A stretch of 20,598 bases of DNA from Rhizaria sp. SCN 62-66. Lineage: Eukaryota. This document shows positions 9,301-18,320 of the stretch, piece after piece. Location: assembly GCA_001724265.1 (NCBI GenBank), contig MEDY01000107.1, positions 62,001 to 82,598 on the forward strand. The letters run 5' to 3'. A program made the position numbers and the translations under genes. How positions within the stretch are numbered: the stretch's first letter is position 1; each line of letters begins with the position of its first letter. Below the pieces are notes generated by a model. That model was given only the letters and a program-made list of their open reading frames with translations, ran no database searches and was not told the DNA's origin.

Positions 9301-12300
9301 ATGCTCTCGCGGAACGCGCGTGCTACCGTAGAGGCCGTTGCCCTGCAGCAACGCAAGGCGTGGGTCGACGTGCTCGCGACCTACGCACAGTATCACGCCA
9401 CACACACGCCCTACTTTACGTGGGAGGCTGCAGGCTCGTCGCCCGCGCCTGATATTGAAGAGACTTTGACGGAGCGCCCAGTCACCCTTGTTCAGCTGGA
9501 CACCATCTCGATCAATTTCATGCTTCTCCCTTCGCTGCGCCGCTACGTCGGCGGGCTCTACGACAAACACGTCTCCAAAGTCGCGATCACGGCCACTGTT
9601 TCGGGAAGCTCCGCGCGCGCGGCGCAGCAGCAGGCTGCGTTGCTGGCGGCGGCGCCTGTGGCGGCCTCACTTCTTGACTGGTGCCCCACAGCCACACCGC
9701 TCTCGGCAGCGCTGCGTGTGACCGAACAGTTCGCTGCCTCGCTCACGCCTTCCGCGGACGCTCTCCCCGCAACAGCATCGAAGCTCATGGCGTCGAGCAG
9801 CGCATCCGCGGGACCCTTCACGCTGCCATCTGCGTCCCGCGTCTCGCAGGATCTGTCAACACTGGACGTATTCAATGTCGCGCTCGTTGCGCACCTGTAT
9901 ACAGCTCTTACTCAATCTGTCGCTGCGATCCGCCAGGCATGCGCGCTGTCGCAGCCCACTGTCGCTGCCGCCGCCATGGGCCGCACGCTTGCTAACTCAG
10001 TGCCTATGCCGTCAACGCGCGCCGCTGCCTTAGCGCCGAATCTGCACTCGCAGTCGCGCATGCAGCAGCACGAACGCGCGCAGCATATGCTCTCAGCGAT
10101 GGCTGCGCGCTCCGAGGCCGCCACAGCGCGCGCTGCGGAGACTGGCTCGGGTGGCGCAACTTCTGCTGCTGCTGTCTCCGCGGCTGTGGGTACGTGGCAG
10201 AGCGAACTCCGTCTGCGGCCTTACTCGTTAGCCGTGCCTTATGGCTCGTACGCCGAGTACCAGACCTCACCAGACGCTGCGCTCGAGCGCGCCTTCACCA
10301 CCGGCGCGATGCCGGGCTCGATCGCGGACTCGCTATTCCGCTCCTCGGCCGGCGGTTCGCGCAACCCGTCGCCGCTGGTCGGCGCGTTGCTGCGCCCCAT
10401 TGCAACCGCTGTGCTGGCTCGTGTCAAGAACACTCCGCTTGACGACGGTCAGTCTGCGTGCCTCATCGGCGTATCTGCGCGCGAGATCGATGCCGACATC
10501 GGCAAGCGCCCCTTTGGTACGCTTCCGCCGCCTCCAGCGCTCTTTGACGCGCAATCCTTGTGGCGCGCCCCTGCTCGTGCCGAGTGGGCCGTGCTTCTGC
10601 GCTGCCTTGACGTTTGCTCATACTTAGACCGCGCATCCACGCCACCGTTGCTCCGTGGCCGCGTCTTGTTCTCGACGCCCGCACGCTTTGACCTCGAGCG
10701 TGCGCTCGTCGCCCTCGCTGCTCACCGCACGCAGAGCTTACTCTCTGGCGCCGCTGCGGAAAGTGCGACGGCACTGAGCGCGCCCGTGCTGCTGCGCGGT
10801 GACCCCGTTGCGGGCCTGGGAATGGGTGTGCTTGAGCTCTCACGCGCTAGTCTTGTTTCGCACACCGGCGCGCCGCACGATGCACGCCTTGACGTCGAGG
10901 TGCGCCGTGTGCGCGCGTGGTGCGGCGTTACTGCGCCGATCTCCTTGCGCGCATGGACTCGACTGCGTCCGGAAGCGGCGGCGCTCGACGCTGATGAGAA
11001 GGAACTGCACGCTCATGGCGCTATGACGCTCAAGACTTTGGCACATATGAGGCTGTCGACGCGCTTCTTTGACACGACACACGATGCTCTTGCACTGCCC
11101 AGCGCGCCCCGTGGACTGCTGCGCCGTGTGAGTCGCCGTAACGGACGCGTCATCCGCGCCCCGCCTGTGCTCGGGTCGCACAGTAGCGGTGCGATCATGC
11201 TCTCGGAATCCTCAGACAGCGAGCTGGACTCCGACACTGAGGCCAATGCTGGTGCTGAACACACGCCGCTCCGCGTGTACATGACATCGCCCCGCGCACT
11301 CGCGGATGCAATGCTGCCTGTGTTTGCGCGCGGCATGACGGCGCTGTCGCTAAGCAATCTTCTCAAGAAGGAGGAGCTCGATGCAGACGCTGTTAATGTT
11401 GACCAACCGGACAGCGGTGATAGCGATGGAGTTTCTGATGCCACGTCCAATGGCTCAACGGCCGCGTGCTCTGCGATTACCGCCGCATCTCAGCTAGTCG
11501 ATGCCGCACGCGATGCTGCTCAACAGCCGCGCACACGCGCTGCTAAGGCACGCCTGCACGCGACACCCTCCGGCCAGACGCACTACTTGCTGCCACTTCC
11601 AACCGAGTGGCGCCTGTTTCTGTCGCGCCTGCGCCTCATGGCTGCAACGGGCGGTGCGAGTCTGTTGGTGACGTGTGACGCGTCGCTGCTGGCAGCCGAC
11701 ACGAGCGTGCTCACTCTAGTGCTGCCCCGCCGCGGCAGTATGAGCGCCGGAGAGAAGTCAGCCTCACTGCGCGCAGACCCACTTTCTCGTCTCAGCGCTG
11801 ATGCGATCGCAGCTGGAGCTCTTAACTCGTTTTCTCTTGCGACTGCTGCCGGATTGCATTTGCAGGCTCCGACCGATGCCGGAGGCGCCGATTGGGCGCG
11901 GCGTGCGGCATTGTTTGCCGGTAGTTTGATTTTTCAGAGCCCCGTGTCCTCAGCGCTTGCGATGACACTTTTTACAGCCGCCGATGCGAACCCGTTTTCT
12001 GCTCCCACGGCTAACAATCACAACAAGTGTGCTTTGGTGCGCGCAACTGCGACTGCGCTGGGTCACTCGACCGCGCTATTGACTGTGCGTGTACGCAATG
12101 TCGATCCCGCGAACAGGACGCCGGCGATGACACCACGCGGAAGCATCGCGCTTGCGCGTCGCCACTGGCGCTTTGTGCGTGCCTGTGCGGCTGCAGCGCT
12201 GCGTTCCTCCGGCGCTGCGCAGATCGCACAGTCGTTGCTGAGCGGGGGCAATTCACAGGTGTGCTTCACGAAGGACAAGTCACTCCAGCATGAGCACGTG

Positions 12301-15300
12301 CTGCTCACTCAGGCTGCCCGTCTCGAGGCCGCTGCACTCGCTGCGCTTGCCCGCGTCGCCGCACGCGAGCTACGTTGGTTAACTGCCACGCACGCGTCGC
12401 TGTTGCACATCCCTGCGCTTGCGGCCGCCGTGAGCAGTGGCCCAACCACGCTATCATCCTTTCAACACGCTCCTGTTGGTTCGCGCACGACGCCAGCTGT
12501 ACTCGCGGCGTTGCGCAAGCTGCCCGCGTCTTCTTTGGCAGGCGGCTCGTTGGCGCATATGCGCGCGGGATCGTGGGCTCTCAGCAACAGTGTTCCGGGC
12601 CGTGTGGTGGCGCCACCTGTGGTGCTGACGCCTATGTGTGCATCCGTGCTGCTGCAGCTCGCGCTGACGCCGGCCTGTGATGTGGGCCACCAAGCCTTAC
12701 AGGACGACACCGTCGTGACTGCTCGTGGCGGCCGTGAGCTGTTGGCTGACGCAAGCGATGCGACTGCTCACCGTGAGCAGCTGCTGCGCTCCTCTTCGCG
12801 TAGCAAGAGCTCGAGGGTGCATGACACCATCGTTCACGTGCGCGACATCTGCGCTCAGCAGCCGCTCTTTGGTGACCCGCGCGCGGGCACCGGCGTCAAC
12901 GCCTTTGTCCAGGGCGAGGAAGAGGAGAAAGCCGAGCGCGCTCTTGCGGCGACGTCTGCTGCGGACCCTTGGGCCTGCGCACGCGATAAGTACGCCGCCA
13001 CTGTGGGCGCGCCTGCTGCAGCGTTCGCACGCACTGTGGCAACTGCGCACATGCACGCGGCCGAGCCTGTGACGACGCGCTGGCAGTGGCTCTCCGGCAC
13101 CACAGGCATGCTCCGCGACGCATTGGCGACGGCCACAGCGGGCGTCGATGAGTGCAAGGACGACGACGGGCTCGCTGACGCGCCCTCGTTGCGCGCTGTC
13201 GTGACTGCACAGCGCGCGCTGGAGCGCGTGAACATGCGGCTGCTGCCGCCGGGACTGCGCGACGACGGCAACAAGTTGGCAGTGCTCACCGCACCGTGGG
13301 GCCCTCTCTCTCACCCCGACGCTGTTGCTGCGGTCGATGTGGCGACAGCGCTCGACGGAGTCACTTCACCAGGTGTCACGGCGCTGCTGCATGCGCCTTG
13401 GTTGCACGCTGTGGCGATAACTTCGGCGACAACGGAGAGTAAACCCTCCACTTGTGCCTCAGCTATGACGCTCGCATCACCTTCTGCCGCTGTTGCAACG
13501 CCCGTTGCACTGCCGGCGTGGGTTTTCCTGCCTTCGATGACGTCTCTGCTGCGCACAGCTGCGATGCGCCCGGGCCGGGTGGCGACTGTGGTGGGCATCA
13601 TGAGCGAGGCCGTATTCAACGAAACCGTATCGAGCAACTCGCCCGACCGCGCATACAGCCACGTCGTGCTGTCGCACATTGTCGACTGTTCGAGTGACCG
13701 CATCAATCACTGGATTATGACATCCGCTGAGATGACCACTGCGGCGATAGAGCACAACACCCGTTTGGGCTCAGTGGAGATGGGCCTGTCGACTGCGTCC
13801 ACCGCGCTCGCACGCACGCGCGCCGCGCTCGAAGTTCTGGTCCGCGCCTCCGTTGGTGGTGACACAGACCGTCCTTCCACGGTCGCGGATGGCTCTCACT
13901 TCGCGCGCGCCGGCGAACAGCCTCTTGACGACCGTGGTGCCCTGCAGAGCCAAATGCTCGTCGCCGTTGTCAACTCCGTGCAAGCCGCGGGCGTGCGGGC
14001 CGCGTGCGCCGCCGACGACGCCGCAGTGCGTCTTGCAGTCGCCGACAGCCTGCTCGCTGCGGTCGCCGCGCGGCCTCATGTGCAGACCGCCAAGGTTCCT
14101 ACGGTCGGCTCCGGCGTTGCCGGCCACCAGCCTCTCTGGGGCACGCCTGTGTCTGAGCACGCCTACGTGACGCGGCTCGCGACGGAGGTCCAGCTTGGAG
14201 CGTCTCTGTCTGCGCGCGCTGCAGCCGACATCCCACATCCGCTGCTTGCACTGGCACCGTTCGCGGTTGACCAGCGCACTCGACTCCCTGTGTTGGCCCA
14301 GCTTTCGGGCCACCGCTCGCTGCTTGCACTGCAGGCGTTGTTTACGGCCTCGCTTGTCGCAGCGCCCGCCGAGACGCTGTTGCACGCCAATGACGCTGTG
14401 TTAGCTGCGCGTGCGTTGGTGCCGCCGCCGATTACGCTGGCCGCGTTCCCGGGCTCCTCGAGCGCTGCGTCCGCGAGCGAGGGCTGTGCAAACGTGATCA
14501 ATCGCTCTGCAGTGCGCGCACTGTTTAGCGCTGCTCACTGCAAGCGCGAGCGGCAGCAGTACGACTCATTCCAGCAAGCTGTGGCACAGCCCTGGATGGC
14601 GACCGCGCCGCTGAGGTCTGCCGCGCGCGGATGGTTTGACGCTGCCTCTGGTACAACCACGATGCTGCATCTGCTTTCGGTCGCGTCGAGCTTAACGGGG
14701 AGCGACGCTGCTGCCGACACAGAGCCTGCACTGAACGTTTCCTTCCGCATCGCCGCCGGCGCCGTCACCGCTGCGTTGAGCCTGCTGCTCAGGACTATTG
14801 AGACTCACGCCCCCGCGCGTCTGCGCGCCCCACGCGCGTTGCTCTGCGGCGTCACTGTCACGCCGCGCGCTGCTGCTGCACAGGGCGCTTCGCTCGCCGG
14901 CCTGCAGTGGTGGCTCGCTCCCGCGCAGCCGCTGCATTTCGTCCGCGGCCCGCCCTCGGCCCATCTGGGATTCTCAACCGCGCAGACCGGAGCCGCTGCG
15001 GCGCGCACCCACAACACGACACGCTCAATGGTCGACGCACAAGTGCAACCCGCGGCTCCGGCAACTCTCGCTGCGGCACTGCGCAGTTTGGTGGCAACGA
15101 CGGCGTTCGCGGGCGTGAGCTTTGCGGCCGCGCGCTCGTTCCCGCATAAGGCGTTATCAGGCGTACAAGCGGCTCTGCTGTCTGCATGCTCGAGCGCGCT
15201 CGCTGCGGCGCCGCTATACCTCACGCACATGGCCGCGTGGCGCCAGCTTGCCGTCGACTCGGGCGCGGCTGCTGCGGAGCTGCTGCTGCTTTCACCGTAT

Positions 15301-17742
15301 CTGCTTCTTGAGGAGGCGAAGAACGGCGGGAGCAAGTCTTCACCTGCCGCGTCCACCGCGGTTGTGCCGGCTCGCGAGACGCGTCAGGAGATGGTGCCTT
15401 ATGCATATTCTGGTGCCGGCCTGCAGAACCCCACGCTTGCCAGCAGTGTGGGTGGTGGCGGCAGCATGATGGTGGAGGTGGATCCAAGTTTGATTGTGGA
15501 TGACGACGACAACAGTTTTGATGACGTTGTGAACGGGGTTAACCCAACGGCATCCGGACTCACTGCACATGAAATCGCGCTCGCTCGCAGCGGTCTTTCG
15601 AGCGGCGGCATCTCGCTGTCCGCGCTGGATCGGCTTGGCCGGCCTCTGAAGGCGCCCTCGACTGCGCTGCAAGTGGTTTCCAGCGATCGTGCGTACCTGC
15701 TGGCAGACTCGCCCGAGGCGGCGGCAGCGCTGCGCGACGAGATCGAGAAGGGCGAAAGTCACGACTCGATGACTTCGCTGCGGCGCTTCGCCGTCACGCT
15801 TGCCGCGCGCGGCTGGGCTACGGCTGCATCGGCCGTCGGTTTCCTGCTCCGCGGTCTTCCACACGCTGTCACCATGCGTACTGTAGCACAAGATCTCGCT
15901 GCTGGCAATAACATCGCCCGCGCCACCCGAGCACGCGACGCCATCGGCACCGACCGCACTGACAACTGGTCACTGGCGCGCGTGTGTGGCGCTCTCGCGC
16001 TTCCAGCAGAGCAGGTTCTGAACGAGGTTTGGGCCGGTCTCGATACCACAGCCGGTGCGCTCAGCCCGGCGCCTCCAGCGGCGCCCCAGTCGCTCGCTGG
16101 CTACTTCTTCAGTGCGACCGCAAGCCCGGCGTGCTTCGCCGAGGCCTTGCTGAACCTGTGCCCGCTTGTCGCCTCGCCGAACGTGACCCCCGCAACGACA
16201 ACCGTGCTGCCGCGTGCGCTGCCGTCGCGTGCGCCGTTCCTGATCCCTCTCACGTCATGCGGCCACGAGCACTGCCCCGCGGGCTCGCAGATCTGCACAG
16301 CGGCGCACAACGCGCTGGCGATGCAGCTGGCGCATACACAGGCGCTCGCAGTGGCCGCCGGCTTCGGCCCGCTGTGGCAGACCCACTTCATGGATCCCTT
16401 CGCACTGTGGGCCGAACGCGCGCGCAACGGACTCGCGCCGTATTTGCAGACCAACTGCGCTCAGTACGGCCCGTCGACGCTCGCAACATCATGGGCGACG
16501 CAGCACCAGCGCCGCGCCACGCCCGTTGCTGACCCCGCGACGAACGCCTTCGCAGTTCTTGCCGCTGTCGGCGACGCACTGTGCACTGCTAGCAGCTCGA
16601 GCACCGGAGACGCGATGACGCCGCTGGTTTTGCACGCGGCGCCCGGATTTGCGGTCAATATCCCCTCGATTGAACTGCACGTGCGCACGCTCTTTGCCGC
16701 GAGCAATAGCCCGCCAGTGCGCGAGTCCAGTGCGTCGCGCGCGCTCGTCGCCGCTCTTCCCGCGCCCGCTGCTCTGTCGCTTGTCCGTCACTCGCCCCCA
16801 CCCGTCGCTGCTGCGAGTGCTGGAGCCAGCGTTCCTGCATCGGCCTCGTCACGCAAGCGCGCCCCCGAGAGCACTGCGGCGCTTGAGACGCAGCAGCAGC
16901 GCCCCGCACAGCCCGCGCATAGCGCTGCGGAGGTTGAGGAGATGCGCCGTCTGGCGGCTGAGCTCTTGCAAGCACAGGCACTCGAGGCCGAACGCAAGCG
17001 CTTTGCCAGGATGCGCGAGGAGCGCCGCGCAGCTTCTGCTTCCGCTGGTACAGCCGCTGCTGTAGTCCCTGCAATTGCCACCGGGAACGCGATGGTGGTC
17101 GCCCCTGCGCCTGCGCCTGAGCCCGCCCCCGCTCCTGCCCCCGCGCCTGTGCCGACGCCTGCGCCGTTGTCCGCACTAGTGTCCGCGCCTCCGCCATTGA
17201 CGGACATGATGGTGATCGACGCGAGCGAGACCGAGTCTGATACGGACTCGGACTTGGTGTTGGAGGCGACGAGCGTCGATGACAACGACGGCGACGACAG
17301 CAGTAACGGTGGCCGCGCCGTGCCAAGCGCTTCGCCTGCAACATCGATAGCCGCAACCGCATACATGGCACCTCTGCAAGAGTCGGAACAAGACCGCGAC
17401 TTGGATGCAGAGGATTCTGACCTCGACGTGGATTCCGGCCACAACAACAACGGGCCTTACGGTGCCACAAGCAGCAGCAGTGCTAGCAAGCCCGTGCTTT
17501 CCAACGTGGACCCGTCGCTGTTTAGCAAGGTCATCAGCATGGTGCCGAACAAAATGGCAGCGTCTGGCCTCAATCTGGCTGCACGCGGGCGGCCGGGGCT
17601 CGACGGCGGCTACGCAGAGCCCCGGCGGCCTATGGGCCTACAGGGCGCTGTCTTGAGCAGCGCTAAGGGTATGAATGCCCAGTTGGAGGCCTTCCGCCTA
17701 AGGAAGCAACAACAGGACGCTGCCAAGCGTGATAAGATGTAA
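1957..17742 (+). CDS. Preferred gene model: single giant J-domain protein (5261 aa with TAG decoded; 5240 aa if 6271-6333 is spliced out)
   Basis: 1957 and 6466 are in the same frame. 6334-6465 is 44 stop-free codons ([44 protein letters not shown]) with coding-like GC content. There is no AT-rich spacer, unlike the other gene boundaries in the window. Confidence 0.7.
1963..2154 (+). other. J-domain
   Basis: Helix [14 protein letters not shown], the HPD motif and helix [16 protein letters not shown] match the DnaJ consensus. Confidence 0.95.
2353..2394 (+). repeat. Tandem 21-nt coding repeat (AAERQRQ x2) in a predicted coiled-coil/charged helix
   Basis: gccgccgagcgccagcgccag followed by gctgcagagcgccagcggcag; differences are synonymous. 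Confidence 0.8.
3490..3534 (+). repeat. GAC-rich acidic tract ([15 protein letters not shown])
   Basis: Imperfect (GAC)n run read directly from the sequence. Confidence 0.8.
6466..17742 (+). CDS. 3758-aa Ala-rich hypothetical ORF (probably the C-terminal continuation of the J-domain gene)
   Basis: 11.3 kb of uninterrupted frame ending in TAA, followed immediately by AT-rich DNA. No confidently recognised domain; the start at 6466 is doubtful. Confidence 0.85.
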   Translation: MSLLSEATAADGSNAAVTALCPTLAHMDPLPRALGPLMDAALPLPLELPMHQRHSALMLCADLPETAAVGAAGASEAAEAAWMRQAAWFATDAVDAENDDTDRLRKVEARVHGVVTACLRATIAARSRARLLRDRDLRAAAALPDTLPFRNAALNGNGAMLAAASAVCPAAAVLRASTIAPDASSDGLASVLVRWDVLCDAVARAQSVALMALGEDVAGATDSIAAADSISISGLTREAMRTGSVAVAAGVLETLQEATASLALEMAALGDVAADLHIQAQLATPQALAAARASVTAGPGVHVRVGSVPAPDQSSADAHATYVAATSHTVQSERTAHPASFLAHEAAALDPTAAKSGVPVTAKLRLSDAVAPLDVNYTQLSEMSQKVQFGRSTVLNFVAMQVETLNRDSRLSLLSAGVAAGLASDLTWAFPCTSEVEPNVINVDGRSTQFSPSAAVNAAANQARAAAIARVAALWAAAPEGVGMNLAQAYDSATDVWREFSARSQQHHHQPDDELAADALDAAVTRAALAAARPNLVAAGVLDRRRRMLLRWATFAVCSSAWLTRYGPGAASAGTGVASAGAGSTAESIAANTFDVDAHNNAITARSTQTHPGVAPLPLVGTAPVLSPHAPSQDRDVLMLLAPPVLLLSAVRGDRWMSLARFEAIFAHAGYMDHNSDLARDCAAARFSDSDHDSSQCLLTLGRANVKDVVPQLPEAKFKGRILTSASRALLAHQPLALVPRMLAGVPLRKRFPSLTSLSLLRLPGAVSRSLDCVPTSDAVLVRSAMSYGGLASLVLRPDAFALNLGIERPPGMQRLRQPIVTANFSQQTHFTLPSSGYTTRNYEDEVSTAFNNIDYNTSFSDMTWRHWVGNVPMPTGIVGGEEPPTGPWTARFASFASCEVHKDVSNRSGAKDRSCRPVHGTTVFSVVPGAEDSNACDCPCSAQGMLSRNARATVEAVALQQRKAWVDVLATYAQYHATHTPYFTWEAAGSSPAPDIEETLTERPVTLVQLDTISINFMLLPSLRRYVGGLYDKHVSKVAITATVSGSSARAAQQQAALLAAAPVAASLLDWCPTATPLSAALRVTEQFAASLTPSADALPATASKLMASSSASAGPFTLPSASRVSQDLSTLDVFNVALVAHLYTALTQSVAAIRQACALSQPTVAAAAMGRTLANSVPMPSTRAAALAPNLHSQSRMQQHERAQHMLSAMAARSEAATARAAETGSGGATSAAAVSAAVGTWQSELRLRPYSLAVPYGSYAEYQTSPDAALERAFTTGAMPGSIADSLFRSSAGGSRNPSPLVGALLRPIATAVLARVKNTPLDDGQSACLIGVSAREIDADIGKRPFGTLPPPPALFDAQSLWRAPARAEWAVLLRCLDVCSYLDRASTPPLLRGRVLFSTPARFDLERALVALAAHRTQSLLSGAAAESATALSAPVLLRGDPVAGLGMGVLELSRASLVSHTGAPHDARLDVEVRRVRAWCGVTAPISLRAWTRLRPEAAALDADEKELHAHGAMTLKTLAHMRLSTRFFDTTHDALALPSAPRGLLRRVSRRNGRVIRAPPVLGSHSSGAIMLSESSDSELDSDTEANAGAEHTPLRVYMTSPRALADAMLPVFARGMTALSLSNLLKKEELDADAVNVDQPDSGDSDGVSDATSNGSTAACSAITAASQLVDAARDAAQQPRTRAAKARLHATPSGQTHYLLPLPTEWRLFLSRLRLMAATGGASLLVTCDASLLAADTSVLTLVLPRRGSMSAGEKSASLRADPLSRLSADAIAAGALNSFSLATAAGLHLQAPTDAGGADWARRAALFAGSLIFQSPVSSALAMTLFTAADANPFSAPTANNHNKCALVRATATALGHSTALLTVRVRNVDPANRTPAMTPRGSIALARRHWRFVRACAAAALRSSGAAQIAQSLLSGGNSQVCFTKDKSLQHEHVLLTQAARLEAAALAALARVAARELRWLTATHASLLHIPALAAAVSSGPTTLSSFQHAPVGSRTTPAVLAALRKLPASSLAGGSLAHMRAGSWALSNSVPGRVVAPPVVLTPMCASVLLQLALTPACDVGHQALQDDTVVTARGGRELLADASDATAHREQLLRSSSRSKSSRVHDTIVHVRDICAQQPLFGDPRAGTGVNAFVQGEEEEKAERALAATSAADPWACARDKYAATVGAPAAAFARTVATAHMHAAEPVTTRWQWLSGTTGMLRDALATATAGVDECKDDDGLADAPSLRAVVTAQRALERVNMRLLPPGLRDDGNKLAVLTAPWGPLSHPDAVAAVDVATALDGVTSPGVTALLHAPWLHAVAITSATTESKPSTCASAMTLASPSAAVATPVALPAWVFLPSMTSLLRTAAMRPGRVATVVGIMSEAVFNETVSSNSPDRAYSHVVLSHIVDCSSDRINHWIMTSAEMTTAAIEHNTRLGSVEMGLSTASTALARTRAALEVLVRASVGGDTDRPSTVADGSHFARAGEQPLDDRGALQSQMLVAVVNSVQAAGVRAACAADDAAVRLAVADSLLAAVAARPHVQTAKVPTVGSGVAGHQPLWGTPVSEHAYVTRLATEVQLGASLSARAAADIPHPLLALAPFAVDQRTRLPVLAQLSGHRSLLALQALFTASLVAAPAETLLHANDAVLAARALVPPPITLAAFPGSSSAASASEGCANVINRSAVRALFSAAHCKRERQQYDSFQQAVAQPWMATAPLRSAARGWFDAASGTTTMLHLLSVASSLTGSDAAADTEPALNVSFRIAAGAVTAALSLLLRTIETHAPARLRAPRALLCGVTVTPRAAAAQGASLAGLQWWLAPAQPLHFVRGPPSAHLGFSTAQTGAAAARTHNTTRSMVDAQVQPAAPATLAAALRSLVATTAFAGVSFAAARSFPHKALSGVQAALLSACSSALAAAPLYLTHMAAWRQLAVDSGAAAAELLLLSPYLLLEEAKNGGSKSSPAASTAVVPARETRQEMVPYAYSGAGLQNPTLASSVGGGGSMMVEVDPSLIVDDDDNSFDDVVNGVNPTASGLTAHEIALARSGLSSGGISLSALDRLGRPLKAPSTALQVVSSDRAYLLADSPEAAAALRDEIEKGESHDSMTSLRRFAVTLAARGWATAASAVGFLLRGLPHAVTMRTVAQDLAAGNNIARATRARDAIGTDRTDNWSLARVCGALALPAEQVLNEVWAGLDTTAGALSPAPPAAPQSLAGYFFSATASPACFAEALLNLCPLVASPNVTPATTTVLPRALPSRAPFLIPLTSCGHEHCPAGSQICTAAHNALAMQLAHTQALAVAAGFGPLWQTHFMDPFALWAERARNGLAPYLQTNCAQYGPSTLATSWATQHQRRATPVADPATNAFAVLAAVGDALCTASSSSTGDAMTPLVLHAAPGFAVNIPSIELHVRTLFAASNSPPVRESSASRALVAALPAPAALSLVRHSPPPVAAASAGASVPASASSRKRAPESTAALETQQQRPAQPAHSAAEVEEMRRLAAELLQAQALEAERKRFARMREERRAASASAGTAAAVVPAIATGNAMVVAPAPAPEPAPAPAPAPVPTPAPLSALVSAPPPLTDMMVIDASETESDTDSDLVLEATSVDDNDGDDSSNGGRAVPSASPATSIAATAYMAPLQESEQDRDLDAEDSDLDVDSGHNNNGPYGATSSSSASKPVLSNVDPSLFSKVISMVPNKMAASGLNLAARGRPGLDGGYAEPRRPMGLQGAVLSSAKGMNAQLEAFRLRKQQQDAAKRDKM
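17101..17166 (+). repeat. Ala-Pro dipeptide repeat linker ([22 protein letters not shown])
   Basis: Imperfect GCNCCN hexamer repeat. Confidence 0.85.
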
Positions 17743-18320
17743 ACTCGACTTATCATGACCAAAGTACCAACATCTGCGAACGTGAAAGGAGAACCAAGCC
17801 TTTTTCTATTTTATTTCAAGCATCAACTCTTGAGTAATTTTTTCCTCTAGAATCAAACCACTTACACTAGCTATTCTTACAACTGTTATTTAGTATTATT
17901 CGTACTGCCCAAGCATACGCAATGTGATCATGTCTGGATATAAGAGCGTATTACACTCTTCATGTTACGTGACAAACAATACACTTCGTTCTAGTTATTA
18001 CACATACTAGTACATTGTACTACAATTCACCCGTCATGATATTGCAAACAAGCTTTTGTCAGTCATCGAATGGAAAATAAAATTGACTATGTATTGTTGT
18101 CAATGATACCACTATTCACAGGCGATACAATTGACAAGTATTAACTCTCATCAATACATATATAAGCACACGGAAACAAAAAGCTTCATAAAAGGGTTAA
18201 CTATAGTCAAGGGTAACTAGTGATCACACTTCTCAATCTTTCGTTAAATTCCCGCATCACGCAGAACGCTTGATTGCCAAGCCATGCAACGCTTACGCGG
18301 ACCCACTCACACGGACCCGC
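17743..18320. other. AT-rich spacer holding the convergent 3' UTRs of the giant gene and ALG5
   Basis: Lies between two convergent TAA stops, is mostly AT-rich and has no credible ORF. Confidence 0.7.

Noticed and set aside
26-17656. Numerous overlapping alternative-frame and antisense ORFs (e.g. 2983-4401 -, 2220-3278 -, 16655-17470 -)
   Set aside because: Arg/Ala/Pro-rich shadow frames expected in high-GC coding DNA; no recognisable motifs.
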